IMG/VR virus record: IMGVR_UViG_3300021963_000051
Span: 1-64,000 of that record
Origin: a virus
Direction: 5' to 3' (one strand)
DNA: 64,000 nucleotides
The first letter of the stretch is position 1, and each line of letters opens with the position of its first letter. Positions 40,235 to 49,501 of this stretch are shown piece after piece. The position numbers were made by a program, and so were the translations under genes. Below the pieces are notes generated by a model that saw nothing but the letters and a program-made list of their open reading frames with translations, ran no database searches and was not told where the DNA came from.

Positions 40235-41089
40235 ATGAGAATAACTGAAATATTAAGTGAAAATCAAATTGACGAAGGATTCAAAGACGCCCTAGCAAAA
40301 GGAGTAGGTGGAGTAGCACAAGGTATTGGAGCCACAGCAGGTGGATTGGCAGGGGCTTGGGGACGTATGAAACAAGGTTATCAGGCAGGAAAAGCAGCCG
40401 TAGCTAATCCCGATGCTTACTTTGCTCAGCAAGACCAGCAGCCTATTGCAGCGAATACTGCTACAAATGCTTCTTCAACAACACCACCTACAGGTTCTGC
40501 TACAACACCTCCAGCAGGCGCTCCGGCACCAACTCCTGCTACAACTACAGCTCCTGCTCCTCAAGCCACGCCTGACGAATTACAAGACCTTAAGAATATT
40601 ATTGGAAAATTAAATCCTGATCAAAAACAAGACATAGCAGCACAATTGACCAAACCTGAAATACAACAACCTTCAGAGCCTGCAGCTACACCAGCTCCTG
40701 CAGCTACACCAGCTCCTGCAGGTACAAGTGTAGACATAGGACAGGTTAAACAACAAAGTGCTCAAAAGGCACAGGCAGCACAGGCTGACAAACAAACAGC
40801 TCAACAACAAATTGCCGCGACTCAAGCAGCTAATGCAGCAAAAGCCAAACAAGATGCGGCTGTAAAAGCAGCAAAGGACACTGCTATGGCAAAACCAGGA
40901 TTCCAACAGACAGCAGCGGACAAGTTAGCCATACAAAAAGCACAGCAAATGGGCATCAGAGAAGCAGTTAAGGAAAGCAAACAACCTAAAAAACCTGCTC
41001 CTAAACAACCAGCCAAGAAACCTGTTCCAGGTAAGAAGAAAAAAATAGTTGTAGAATTTAACAGTAAATTTTTAGGACAAAAGATTTAG
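40235..41089 (+). CDS. Probable internal head protein, Ala/Pro/Gln rich
   Basis: N-terminal MRITEILSENQIDEG, IREA and VKES sites; low complexity; 18-bp tandem repeat (PAATPA x2) at about 40679-40721. Confidence 0.6.
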   Translation: MRITEILSENQIDEGFKDALAKGVGGVAQGIGATAGGLAGAWGRMKQGYQAGKAAVANPDAYFAQQDQQPIAANTATNASSTTPPTGSATTPPAGAPAPTPATTTAPAPQATPDELQDLKNIIGKLNPDQKQDIAAQLTKPEIQQPSEPAATPAPAATPAPAGTSVDIGQVKQQSAQKAQAAQADKQTAQQQIAATQAANAAKAKQDAAVKAAKDTAMAKPGFQQTAADKLAIQKAQQMGIREAVKESKQPKKPAPKQPAKKPVPGKKKKIVVEFNSKFLGQKI

Positions 41090-41304
41090 AAGAAAGGTAG
41101 TCCTGTTTCTTTAGTTGTGGCTAGATTAGCTTCTACAAGTTTACCAATAAGTTCTCTATCTTCTGGTGTTAATAAATGAGCCTGATTAAAATCTAATCCT
41201 CCCCTCATAAACCAACTTAATTTTAAGAGCTCCTCTTTTAAGGCTTTTGTATTTTTTTCATAGCTCTTTACTAGATCCTCGATTTCACTTACATCGAGGT
41301 ACAA
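41086..41304 (-). CDS. Small tail/baseplate assembly protein, probably expressed as a -1 frameshift extension of the upstream gene
   Basis: Only a TTG start and no SD; lies in the -1 frame after the slippery T TTT TTC at the end of the upstream ORF. Confidence 0.65.
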   Translation of the reverse strand: MYLDVSEIEDLVKSYEKNTKALKEELLKLSWFMRGGLDFNQAHLLTPEDRELIGKLVEANLATTKETGLPFF

Positions 41305-41309
41305 AAGCC

Positions 41310-42173
41310 TTATACGAAAAAAGTTGCTGGATCAAAGGTTAGTGGAATTGTAATAGTTTCCCCTTGCGCTCCCTGTTCGCGCATTTGTTCAGTTACAGGT
41401 ATAGTTATAGGTTTGATTGTATTTTGTTCTTGAAGTTGTTGAATATGAGTTTGAATTATACTGAATATTTCTTTATCTGTGTTTTCGACAAATTCTCTAA
41501 TGAATTCTGGATTATCAACTGATCCTTCATTAGTATCAATTCTAAAAATGCTATTAGCTACCATACCTAATGTAACTTCTGTTAATTTTGAAAAACTGGT
41601 TTTAAAAATTTCCTGTTTTTGTTCTTCAGTTAACTTTTCATCATTCACAGCCTGCATTATCTTTTGTGTTTCAAAAGTTTGGATGGCATTTTTTGTCATT
41701 TCTTTATAAAACAACGGTCTAACATACACAGTCATATTTTCATGAACAGGTATAACTGTATTCCAGGATACATTATTTAGAATATCGTCCATAACAAGTC
41801 TTAGATCGACTTGATAATCATATTCTATATCTTCACTAATCTTCACAGGCGTAGACATCATTTCACCATAGGTAGCTAGCCTGATTGACAGCAGTAATAA
41901 ATCTAAATCAATGCTAGGGACGTACCAAGCATTTTTTATAGATGGGATACAATGTTGAATAACATCTACCACTGCTTGACCATTCATTAAGGCATCAGGA
42001 ATATTGAGTAATAATTCATCTTTAGCTGTCATACTATATACAGCAATCTGTTGATTTTCGGGCAAATCTAAAGTACCGTCGGGCCAAAATTGACCTTGAC
42101 TAGGTAAACTGATATATACCTTAGGCTGACGCATGAAAGATGTCAGCGGATTTTTAACCATATTTTGAACCAT
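41310..42173 (-). CDS. gp26: Baseplate hub assembly / tail assembly chaperone, gp26-like (start revised to 42173)
   Basis: NPLTSFMRQPKVYISLPSQG...MTAKDELLL..PDALMNG...DLDLLLLSIRLATYGE; GGAG SD upstream of ATG 42173. Confidence 0.7.
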   Translation of the reverse strand: MVQNMVKNPLTSFMRQPKVYISLPSQGQFWPDGTLDLPENQQIAVYSMTAKDELLLNIPDALMNGQAVVDVIQHCIPSIKNAWYVPSIDLDLLLLSIRLATYGEMMSTPVKISEDIEYDYQVDLRLVMDDILNNVSWNTVIPVHENMTVYVRPLFYKEMTKNAIQTFETQKIMQAVNDEKLTEEQKQEIFKTSFSKLTEVTLGMVANSIFRIDTNEGSVDNPEFIREFVENTDKEIFSIIQTHIQQLQEQNTIKPITIPVTEQMREQGAQGETITIPLTFDPATFFV

Positions 42174-42185
42174 CTGCAACTCCGA

Positions 42186-42216
42186 TAAATAAGTTGTACC
42201 CCTGTGGATATATTTA
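42186..42216. promoter_or_regulatory. Face-to-face late promoters (TAAATA on plus at 42186-42191; TATAAATA on minus at 42211-42218)
   Basis: One motif points to each of the divergent genes (tape measure and gp26-like). Confidence 0.6.
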
Positions 42217-42241
42217 TATACTAACATAACCGGCAAAAATA

Positions 42242-44599
42242 ATGGCAGACGTAACTGGACGAATAGGTGGAGAAGATGTAGTTCTTAATAATGCAGCCAC
42301 TGAGGCTACGTTAAAACTCTTGCTTCAAGCCACAATGGCTGCAAATAAGCAGAGCCTGAGCACCATTCAAAATCTAGCTCAAAAAAGCGGGCTCAGTCCG
42401 GAAGCAGTACAGGCAGCTAATTCTGCTCTTAATCAAACGCAAGCGGCTGGCAGTAAAGTAGGTAAAGCCTTTGAAGCACTGGGATTTGTAGCAGGTGCTC
42501 TCAGCAGTACATTTCGAGAAGCAGCCAACTTAGGTGAAAAGATTGCCAGCGGAACGTCGCAGGCTAGTGATGTATTCAATAGTTTTAGTAAGATTAGCGG
42601 GCCAGTTGGGGTTGTAGCAGGACTGTTTCAAAAGATGTCGCAATTCCAACAGGATCAGTTGGCTAACTATCAGGAATTATCTAAGGTCGGTATATCATTT
42701 GGCGGTAGTCTAACTGATTTAAGAATGCAGGCTAGCCTCACCTATATGACCATGGGTGAATTTAATAATGTTGTAAAGACCAACGGTGAGACCTTTGCTC
42801 GAATGGGAATTACGGCAAATGAAGGTGCTAAGGCGTTCGTTAGACTGAGCAATGAATTATTAAAAAGTCAAGCGGGAACCAATCTTCAGGCATTAGGTTA
42901 CACTACTCAAGAAGTAAATCAAGGCATGTTAAATTACATATCTATGACAGGTGGTAGAACACGCCAAGAAATGCAGGATCAAAAGGCATTAACAGCGGGC
43001 ACAGTAACTTATCTGCAGGAACTAGATCAGCTGGCGCAGATAACAGGTAAAAACAGACAGGAGATGGAAAAGAAGCTTCAGGAAGAAATGAATGAGGCAG
43101 AATTTCAATTATTTTTAGGATCTAAGTCTAGAGAAGAACGAGAAGCCATTGAACAAAATGTCAAGAGAGCTACAGCTCTCTATGGAAAAGGCGGAGCAGA
43201 TATCGCCAAGGCTAACGCAATGGGAGTGGCAACACAAGGAGAAGCAGGTAAGAAACTTGAAGCGGTAAGTTCTGATACTGCCGAAGCTGTTCGTCGCGAT
43301 TTGGAATTAAGAAAACAATACGGAGCAGATAGTAAACAAGTACAAGACAATGAGATAGCAGGTAGAAAAGCCAATGCTAAGAGTATGGGGGAACTAGCCG
43401 GTCCTGTTGGATATTACAGCGGTATTTTGAAAGATAACGGCGATGCTGTAAAACAAGCCAATAAAGATAGGCTGCTAGCAGACGGTGAAATAGAAGAACA
43501 ATATAGTAAACAAGCTAAAGAACGAGAAGAAAGAGAAAAAAGTCAAGCCAAGTCTGCTGTAGAAACTAAAAAGGCTCTTGATGAATTAGGACAAGAAATA
43601 CTAGCGGCTACATTACCTGTAATAGAAGCCTTTAGTCCTTTAATAAAAACTTTTATTACAGGACTTACTGGACTACTTACTCCTGTGGCTAAATTGGCAC
43701 AGGCAATTACTCAAAGTGAAGTTTTAATGGGTGTACTTAAGACAGCAGTAATAGGTTTGACTGCTGTCTTTGTTGCTGCTAAGGTGGCTCAATTAGGTAA
43801 AACGGTGGCTACGGGTGTTGGAAACATCTTTAAAAGTGGTACAAATATAGCGTCAGGCGCCATTGAAGGATTTAAGAAAGGCGGCATAAAGGGAGCATTA
43901 GCTGGAGGATTATCTGCAGGAGTAGGAGAAGCTACCGGAGCACTAGCAGGTCCTTTAGGGTCAACACCCCAAAATCCAATGTACGTATCTATAGTATCGG
44001 GTGGAGCAGGTGGCGGTGTTTTTGATCAACTGATAGATAAGTTAGGTCCCAAAGGCGGTGGTGGCAGCAAAATAGGAGATCTAGCTGGAAAAATTGGAGA
44101 AAAATTAAGCGGTGGACCCGGTGGTAGCCTTGTAGAAAAAATAGCAGGTAAAGTAGGTGGATCCCAAGGCCTTAGTAAAATACTAGGAGGTGCTGGATCA
44201 TTGTTAGGCAAAGTAGCTGCGCCTTTAGCTATAGGAATGACAGCCTATGATGCCTTCAAAGGATTTACAGCAGATAAAAACGCCAGCTTCGGAGATAAAA
44301 TGATGAACGCTGGTAGTAGTGCATTAAATGGACTGACCTTTGGATTATTAGGTTCTAGTCCGGAAGAAATAGCGGCTAAGGCTACAAAGTCTAAAGAAAA
44401 GGAAGAAGTATCTGAATCTACTCAATCAGAAAAAGAAAAGTCAGCCAATCAACAATCTATAGAATCTCTAGCAGAAGAAATAAGTGACCTTAACAAAATT
44501 ATGACAGAATTGTTAAAACATACAAAAGATATGGCTGAATATAGTAGGAGAACTAGTGATGGTGTGAAATCACTTAATCCAAACTTATTCCCAAGTTAA
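42242..44599 (+). CDS. Tape measure-like protein
   Basis: 785 aa, helical, Ala/Gly/Gln rich, with hydrophobic segments and PLGSTPQNPMYVSIV and GLTFGL motifs; adjacent to the chaperone gene. Confidence 0.7.
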   Translation: MADVTGRIGGEDVVLNNAATEATLKLLLQATMAANKQSLSTIQNLAQKSGLSPEAVQAANSALNQTQAAGSKVGKAFEALGFVAGALSSTFREAANLGEKIASGTSQASDVFNSFSKISGPVGVVAGLFQKMSQFQQDQLANYQELSKVGISFGGSLTDLRMQASLTYMTMGEFNNVVKTNGETFARMGITANEGAKAFVRLSNELLKSQAGTNLQALGYTTQEVNQGMLNYISMTGGRTRQEMQDQKALTAGTVTYLQELDQLAQITGKNRQEMEKKLQEEMNEAEFQLFLGSKSREEREAIEQNVKRATALYGKGGADIAKANAMGVATQGEAGKKLEAVSSDTAEAVRRDLELRKQYGADSKQVQDNEIAGRKANAKSMGELAGPVGYYSGILKDNGDAVKQANKDRLLADGEIEEQYSKQAKEREEREKSQAKSAVETKKALDELGQEILAATLPVIEAFSPLIKTFITGLTGLLTPVAKLAQAITQSEVLMGVLKTAVIGLTAVFVAAKVAQLGKTVATGVGNIFKSGTNIASGAIEGFKKGGIKGALAGGLSAGVGEATGALAGPLGSTPQNPMYVSIVSGGAGGGVFDQLIDKLGPKGGGGSKIGDLAGKIGEKLSGGPGGSLVEKIAGKVGGSQGLSKILGGAGSLLGKVAAPLAIGMTAYDAFKGFTADKNASFGDKMMNAGSSALNGLTFGLLGSSPEEIAAKATKSKEKEEVSESTQSEKEKSANQQSIESLAEEISDLNKIMTELLKHTKDMAEYSRRTSDGVKSLNPNLFPS

Positions 44600-44611
44600 A
44601 GTAAATACTAT

Positions 44612-46330
44612 ATGTCATGGAAAAAATATTTTACGCCTGTTAAACAACAGGGAGGTACACTAAGTGTTATAAGTGGAACTTCAGGTTACCATACTAACCC
44701 AGCACACAGAAACTACTCTAGCTATCTCCCAGATGTATATTCTGGTCATCCTAATCGTTTAGAACGTTACGGTCAATACGACACTATGGATAGTGACAGT
44801 GAAGTTAATGCGGCATTAGACATCTTAGCCGAATTTTGTTCCCAACAAAATGAAGAAAATGGAACTCCGTTTAGAGTATTCTTTAAAGATCAGGCAACTA
44901 ATGCTGAGATAACAGTCATAAAAAAATATCTACAGCAATGGTCAAAATTAAACAAGTTTCAATTAAGAATTTTTAAAATTGTTCGTAATGCTTTTAAGTA
45001 TGGAGATGCTTTTTTTGTAAGAGATCCTGAAACGCAAAGTTGGTTATTTGTCGATTCTGCAAAAGTTGATAAAATTATTGTAAATGAATCAGAAGGTAAA
45101 AAACCTGAACAATATTTTATTAGAGATTGGAATCCTAATTTAGAGACTTTGGCAACTACTGCTATAAATCCTAGTAATGTTACAGGAGGGGGTAGTCAGT
45201 ATGCAAGTTCCTATGCTGGAAATGCAGGAGGAGCTGGCTATAGTAGAGGAATGACTGGTGCTTTCCCTACAAACATTTCCGGTACACGGTTTGATAAACA
45301 TCAAAATCAATTTGCTATAGATGCTAAACATGTAATTCATATAAGCATGAGTGAAGGATTAGATAATAATTATCCCTTCGGAACAAGTTTATTGGAAAGC
45401 ATCTTTAAAGTTTATAAGCAAAAGGAATTACTAGAAGATGCGATTATTATATATCGTATTCAACGAGCTCCAGAACGTCGTGTATTTTACATTGATGTAG
45501 GTAATATGCCTAGTCATATTGCTATGAGTTTTGTAGAACGAGTTAAGAACGAAGTTAATCAGCGTAGAATTCCTAGTATAACTGGCGGAAGTCAGTCAGT
45601 GATTGATGCTGGTTACAATCCATTATCTATTAATGAAGACTATTTCTTTCCGCAGACAGCAGAAGGTAGAGGATCAAAGGTAGAAGTATTGCCTGGTGGG
45701 ACCAATTTAGGAGAAATCGATGATCTCAAATACTTTACCAATAAGTTATTCCGTGCTTTGCGCATACCTAGCAGCTACCTACCTACAGGCCCAGATGATG
45801 GAGGTAGTAATTTCAACGATGGAAGAGTTGGAACTGCTTATATTCAAGAACTTAGATTTAACAAATATTGCGAACGATTACAAAGTTTAATAAATGAACA
45901 ATTTGATACAGAATTTAAATTGTTTATTCACAATAAAGGACTAAATGTAGATCCTAATTTATTTGATATTAAATTTAATCCACCGCAAAATTTCGCTGCC
46001 TACCGTCAAGCAGAAATGGATACTGCCCGAGTAAACACATTTAATACAATGGTAGCTATACCATTTGTTAGTAAGAGATTTGCTATGAAACGTTTCTTAG
46101 GTATGACTGCAGAAGAAGTTGCCGAAAACGAACGTATGTGGAAAGAAGAAAATATCGATATTGGTACAGAACTTCCTGCTACTGCTGAACTTAGAAGTGT
46201 GGGTGTAACCAATGCCGGGATTACCAATGATTTAAGCAATATTAGCGGAGCAACGACCCCGCCTCCTCCTACTGCTAATGCTCCTGAGGCAGGCGCTGCA
46301 ACCGCAGCACAACCAGAACCTACTGTATAA
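44612..46330 (+). CDS. gp20: Portal protein
   Basis: LLEDAIIIYRIQRAPERRVFYIDVGNMP, EDYFFP...GRGSKVEVLPGG.NLGEIDDLKYF..KLFRALRIP.S and ELRFNKYCERLQ. Confidence 0.95.
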   Translation: MSWKKYFTPVKQQGGTLSVISGTSGYHTNPAHRNYSSYLPDVYSGHPNRLERYGQYDTMDSDSEVNAALDILAEFCSQQNEENGTPFRVFFKDQATNAEITVIKKYLQQWSKLNKFQLRIFKIVRNAFKYGDAFFVRDPETQSWLFVDSAKVDKIIVNESEGKKPEQYFIRDWNPNLETLATTAINPSNVTGGGSQYASSYAGNAGGAGYSRGMTGAFPTNISGTRFDKHQNQFAIDAKHVIHISMSEGLDNNYPFGTSLLESIFKVYKQKELLEDAIIIYRIQRAPERRVFYIDVGNMPSHIAMSFVERVKNEVNQRRIPSITGGSQSVIDAGYNPLSINEDYFFPQTAEGRGSKVEVLPGGTNLGEIDDLKYFTNKLFRALRIPSSYLPTGPDDGGSNFNDGRVGTAYIQELRFNKYCERLQSLINEQFDTEFKLFIHNKGLNVDPNLFDIKFNPPQNFAAYRQAEMDTARVNTFNTMVAIPFVSKRFAMKRFLGMTAEEVAENERMWKEENIDIGTELPATAELRSVGVTNAGITNDLSNISGATTPPPPTANAPEAGAATAAQPEPTV

Positions 46331-46338
46331 ATATTCTT

Positions 46339-46578
46339 ATGTTTTTAAGAGAATTTATATATTTCAACAATAAGACTCCTAACATGGTGGATGATGGCCG
46401 CTACCTATCTGATAATGATTCTTCTATTCTAAACCCTGACGATTTAAGAAAAACAAGATTAACATTAAAAATGTTAAAAGAACTTAGATTAGCAGGTGAA
46501 GCCAGAGAAAAAGAATATAAAGAAGAAATGGGCCTTGTTAGAAAAATGTATGCTGTTCCTCCCCCCCAACCTACTTAA
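46339..46578 (+). CDS. Small conserved head-module protein
   Basis: 79 aa between portal and core genes; MFLREF start, RKTRLTL...LR motif; TATAAATA 5 nt upstream. Confidence 0.7.
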   Translation: MFLREFIYFNNKTPNMVDDGRYLSDNDSSILNPDDLRKTRLTLKMLKELRLAGEAREKEYKEEMGLVRKMYAVPPPQPT

Positions 46579-46692
46579 AATTAATTTTTTTATTCAAAAA
46601 TGCCTATTTTAGGCCTATTTTCTACCGAGTTTTTAATCAATTTGTAAATATCCTTACAGCCTTGCCGCTACCATTTAAGGAGAATACAAGTC

Positions 46693-47727
46693 ATGACGAA
46701 GTTTGAACAACTTCTAGACTACATTGTGAACGAAGAACATGATAAGGCCAATGAGCTTTTCCATGAAATCGTTGTAGAAAAATCTAGAGAAATTTACGAA
46801 AATTTAATTGCTGAAGAAGAAGATGAAGAAATGGATGAAACTGCTGATGAAGAAGCAGATGAATCCGTAGATGAAGCAGCCGATGAGGAAATGGATGAGT
46901 CCGATGAAGAAATGGATGAATCTGCTGACGAAGATATGGATGAAGCAGCCGATGAAGAAGCAGACGAAAGTATGGATCTAGAAGATTCATATATGATGGA
47001 CGGTGATGACGAAGAACCAATGGGCGGTATGGACGACATGGGCGGTGACGCTACAGATGATCTAGAAGGTGATGTCAGTGCTGACAGTCCAGAAGAAGAA
47101 TTAAAGATGAGCATTAAAAATGCTATGGCAGAATTACAAGCAGCATTCGATGCAGCTAAGGATATATCTGGCAACAGTATGAGCGGTGATGATGAATTTG
47201 CTGCGGGTGCTGACGATGAAATGGGTTCAGACGATGATGAAAAATTAGAAATGATGGGTTTTATGGAAGGTCGTCGCTTGACTCGCGAATATGTTGAAAA
47301 AGTAGGAAATGACTGGGATAAAGGTAGTAACATGAAGCAGCAGGCCAAGCACGTAGGTGCAGGTTCTGGTGATACTGAAAGCGCTCCAGTAGAAGGTCGT
47401 AGCCCAATTAGCAGCGGTTCAGGAAAGCCTAACACAGGTGCTAATGCTAAAAACCTAAATCAAAGCCATCACGAAGGCGGTAGCCCAACTGGTACAAGTC
47501 CAGCAGGAAAAGCCGGCGGATTCTTAAGCAATGCTAAAGAGGACAACGGTGGTAACGGAAACGTCCCTGGTGGAAAGATGGGTGTAAAGAATCTTAAGAA
47601 GGTCAGCGGGGGTCACGGTGCTGAAAAGAAAGGTTCTGGTCCAGGTCCGGTAGGTTCAGGAACAGGTGATAAAGCAGGTCAAACAAGCATGGGTAACCAA
47701 GCACAATTGATTAAGCATATCAAGTAA
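46693..47727 (+). CDS. Acidic prohead core protein
   Basis: Extremely Asp/Glu rich with DEEMDE(S/T/A) repeats; located between portal and protease; AAGGAG SD. Confidence 0.7.
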   Translation: MTKFEQLLDYIVNEEHDKANELFHEIVVEKSREIYENLIAEEEDEEMDETADEEADESVDEAADEEMDESDEEMDESADEDMDEAADEEADESMDLEDSYMMDGDDEEPMGGMDDMGGDATDDLEGDVSADSPEEELKMSIKNAMAELQAAFDAAKDISGNSMSGDDEFAAGADDEMGSDDDEKLEMMGFMEGRRLTREYVEKVGNDWDKGSNMKQQAKHVGAGSGDTESAPVEGRSPISSGSGKPNTGANAKNLNQSHHEGGSPTGTSPAGKAGGFLSNAKEDNGGNGNVPGGKMGVKNLKKVSGGHGAEKKGSGPGPVGSGTGDKAGQTSMGNQAQLIKHIK

Positions 47728-47740
47728 ATAGAGAATTTGG

Positions 47741-48370
47741 ATGAAATTAACTTACCTACGTGAGCATTTAAGTTTTGATCAAGCTCAAGCTGTTTTGGAA
47801 AGCGATGACAAAGAAGGTCGTAATCTTTACCTAAAGGGCATTGCTATTCAAGGTGGTATTCGTAATGCTAATCAACGGATATATCCAGTTGATGAAATTG
47901 AGAGTGCAGTAAAAACGTTAAATGATCAAATACAAAGTGGTTACAGTGTTTTAGGTGAAGTAGATCATCCAGATGACCTAAAAGTAAATTTGGATCGTGT
48001 CAGCCACATGATTACACAAATGTGGATGGAAGGTCCTAATGGATATGGGAAGATGAAAATTCTTCCCACTCCCATGGGCAACTTGGTTCGGACTATGTTA
48101 GAAAGCGGTGTAAAACTTGGTGTTAGTTCAAGAGGCAGCGGAAACGTTGATGATTATTCTGGCAAAGTATCCGATTTTGAAATCATTACAGTCGACATAG
48201 TAGCCCAACCAAGCGCCCCAGGTGCTTACCCCACTCCTGTTTATGAGCATTTGATGAATATGAGAGGTGGAAGTAAGGCATTAAAGGTAGCACAAGAAGT
48301 TAAAGAAGATCCAAAGGCCCAGAAATATTTGAAGGAAAGTCTCCTTCAGATCATCAAAGGTCTAAAATAA
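47741..48370 (+). CDS. gp21: Prohead protease
   Basis: N.NQRIYP, LGEVDHP, VSH, GVSSRGSG and DIVAQPSAP.AY motifs. Confidence 0.95.
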   Translation: MKLTYLREHLSFDQAQAVLESDDKEGRNLYLKGIAIQGGIRNANQRIYPVDEIESAVKTLNDQIQSGYSVLGEVDHPDDLKVNLDRVSHMITQMWMEGPNGYGKMKILPTPMGNLVRTMLESGVKLGVSSRGSGNVDDYSGKVSDFEIITVDIVAQPSAPGAYPTPVYEHLMNMRGGSKALKVAQEVKEDPKAQKYLKESLLQIIKGLK

Positions 48371-48388
48371 GCCCGAGGAGAAATATAA

Positions 48389-49480
48389 ATGTTGGACGCA
48401 TTCAAAAAATTAGTTGAAAGTGGAGCGATTTCGGAAGATGTAAGTTCCGAATTACAATCTGCTTTTGATACTAAGCTTCAAGAGAATCGCGACCAAGTTA
48501 CTGCTGAACTTCGTGAAGAATTCGCTAAGAAATACAACCATGATAAGTCTCTTATGGTTGAAGCGATCGACAAGATGTTAAGTGACAGATTGGCCGCAGA
48601 AATGGCTGAGTTATATGAAGACAAAAAAGCACTAGCCGAAGTAAAAGCGCAATACACAAGACGTATTAGCGAAGATGCCAGAAAGCTAGAAGGATTTGTA
48701 ATCAAACAACTAGGCAAAGAACTCGTAGAATTTCAAGGTGATAGAAGGAAAGTATCTGAGAATTTTGCGAAATTAGAACAATTTGTTGTACATGCTTTGG
48801 CAAAAGAAATAAACGAATTTGCTATTGACAAGCGTGATTTAGCTGAAACTAAAGTAAGACTTATTAGAGATGCAAAAATTAAATTTGAAGATATTAAATC
48901 TAAGTTTATTAGTCAAAGTGCGAAAATTGTAGAAAATGTTGTAAAAGAAAAATTATCTTCTGAAATTTCACAATTGAGAGAAGACATAGAAAGTGCTCGT
49001 AATAATGATTTTGGTCGTAGAATTTACGAAGCATTTGCGCAAGAATATGCCGGTTCATATCTAAATGAAAAGTCTGAGACAAGCAAGTTGTTAAAGATAA
49101 TTCAGAAAAAGGATCAAGAACTAGCAGAAGCACAAGAGGCTATAGCTGTTAAACAAACTCTAGCTGAATCTAAGGACCGCGAATTGCGTGTTACTAAAGA
49201 TTTAATGGAACGTAAACATGCTATGTCCGAATTGCTGGCACCATTAGGTGCTGATAAAAGGGAGCTGATGCATACGCTTCTTGAGTCTGTACAGACAAAA
49301 GATCTTGCAAAAGCATATGAGAAATACCTACCAACAGTAATGGAAGGCGAAACAAGAAAAGTAGAAAAGAAAACTACTCTTAAGGAAAGCACTGAAGTGA
49401 CTGGAAATCGTGAAGCAAAGCCCGAGGTAGGCTTCGACAACATTATTGATATCCGCAAACTTGCGGGGTTGTCAAAATAA
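48389..49480 (+). CDS. gp22: Prohead scaffold protein
   Basis: Long coiled coil between protease and capsid genes; FGRRIYEAF motif; GAGGAG SD. Confidence 0.8.
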   Translation: MLDAFKKLVESGAISEDVSSELQSAFDTKLQENRDQVTAELREEFAKKYNHDKSLMVEAIDKMLSDRLAAEMAELYEDKKALAEVKAQYTRRISEDARKLEGFVIKQLGKELVEFQGDRRKVSENFAKLEQFVVHALAKEINEFAIDKRDLAETKVRLIRDAKIKFEDIKSKFISQSAKIVENVVKEKLSSEISQLREDIESARNNDFGRRIYEAFAQEYAGSYLNEKSETSKLLKIIQKKDQELAEAQEAIAVKQTLAESKDRELRVTKDLMERKHAMSELLAPLGADKRELMHTLLESVQTKDLAKAYEKYLPTVMEGETRKVEKKTTLKESTEVTGNREAKPEVGFDNIIDIRKLAGLSK

Positions 49481-49501
49481 TATTCAAGGAGAAGACATAA
49501 A

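Noticed and set aside
44571-44579. 9-nt match (CACTTAATC) to the second N10 segment of the ncRNA module
   Set aside because: A 9-mer match is expected by chance in 64 kb of AT-rich DNA, and I saw no adjacent match to the first segment.
46602-46614. GCCTA-ttt-TAGGC hairpin as a terminator
   Set aside because: Short weak stem without an immediate U tract; cannot be supported.
46784-47435. Antisense ORFs of 213 and 78 aa
   Set aside because: Shadows of the GAT/GAA-rich acidic core gene.
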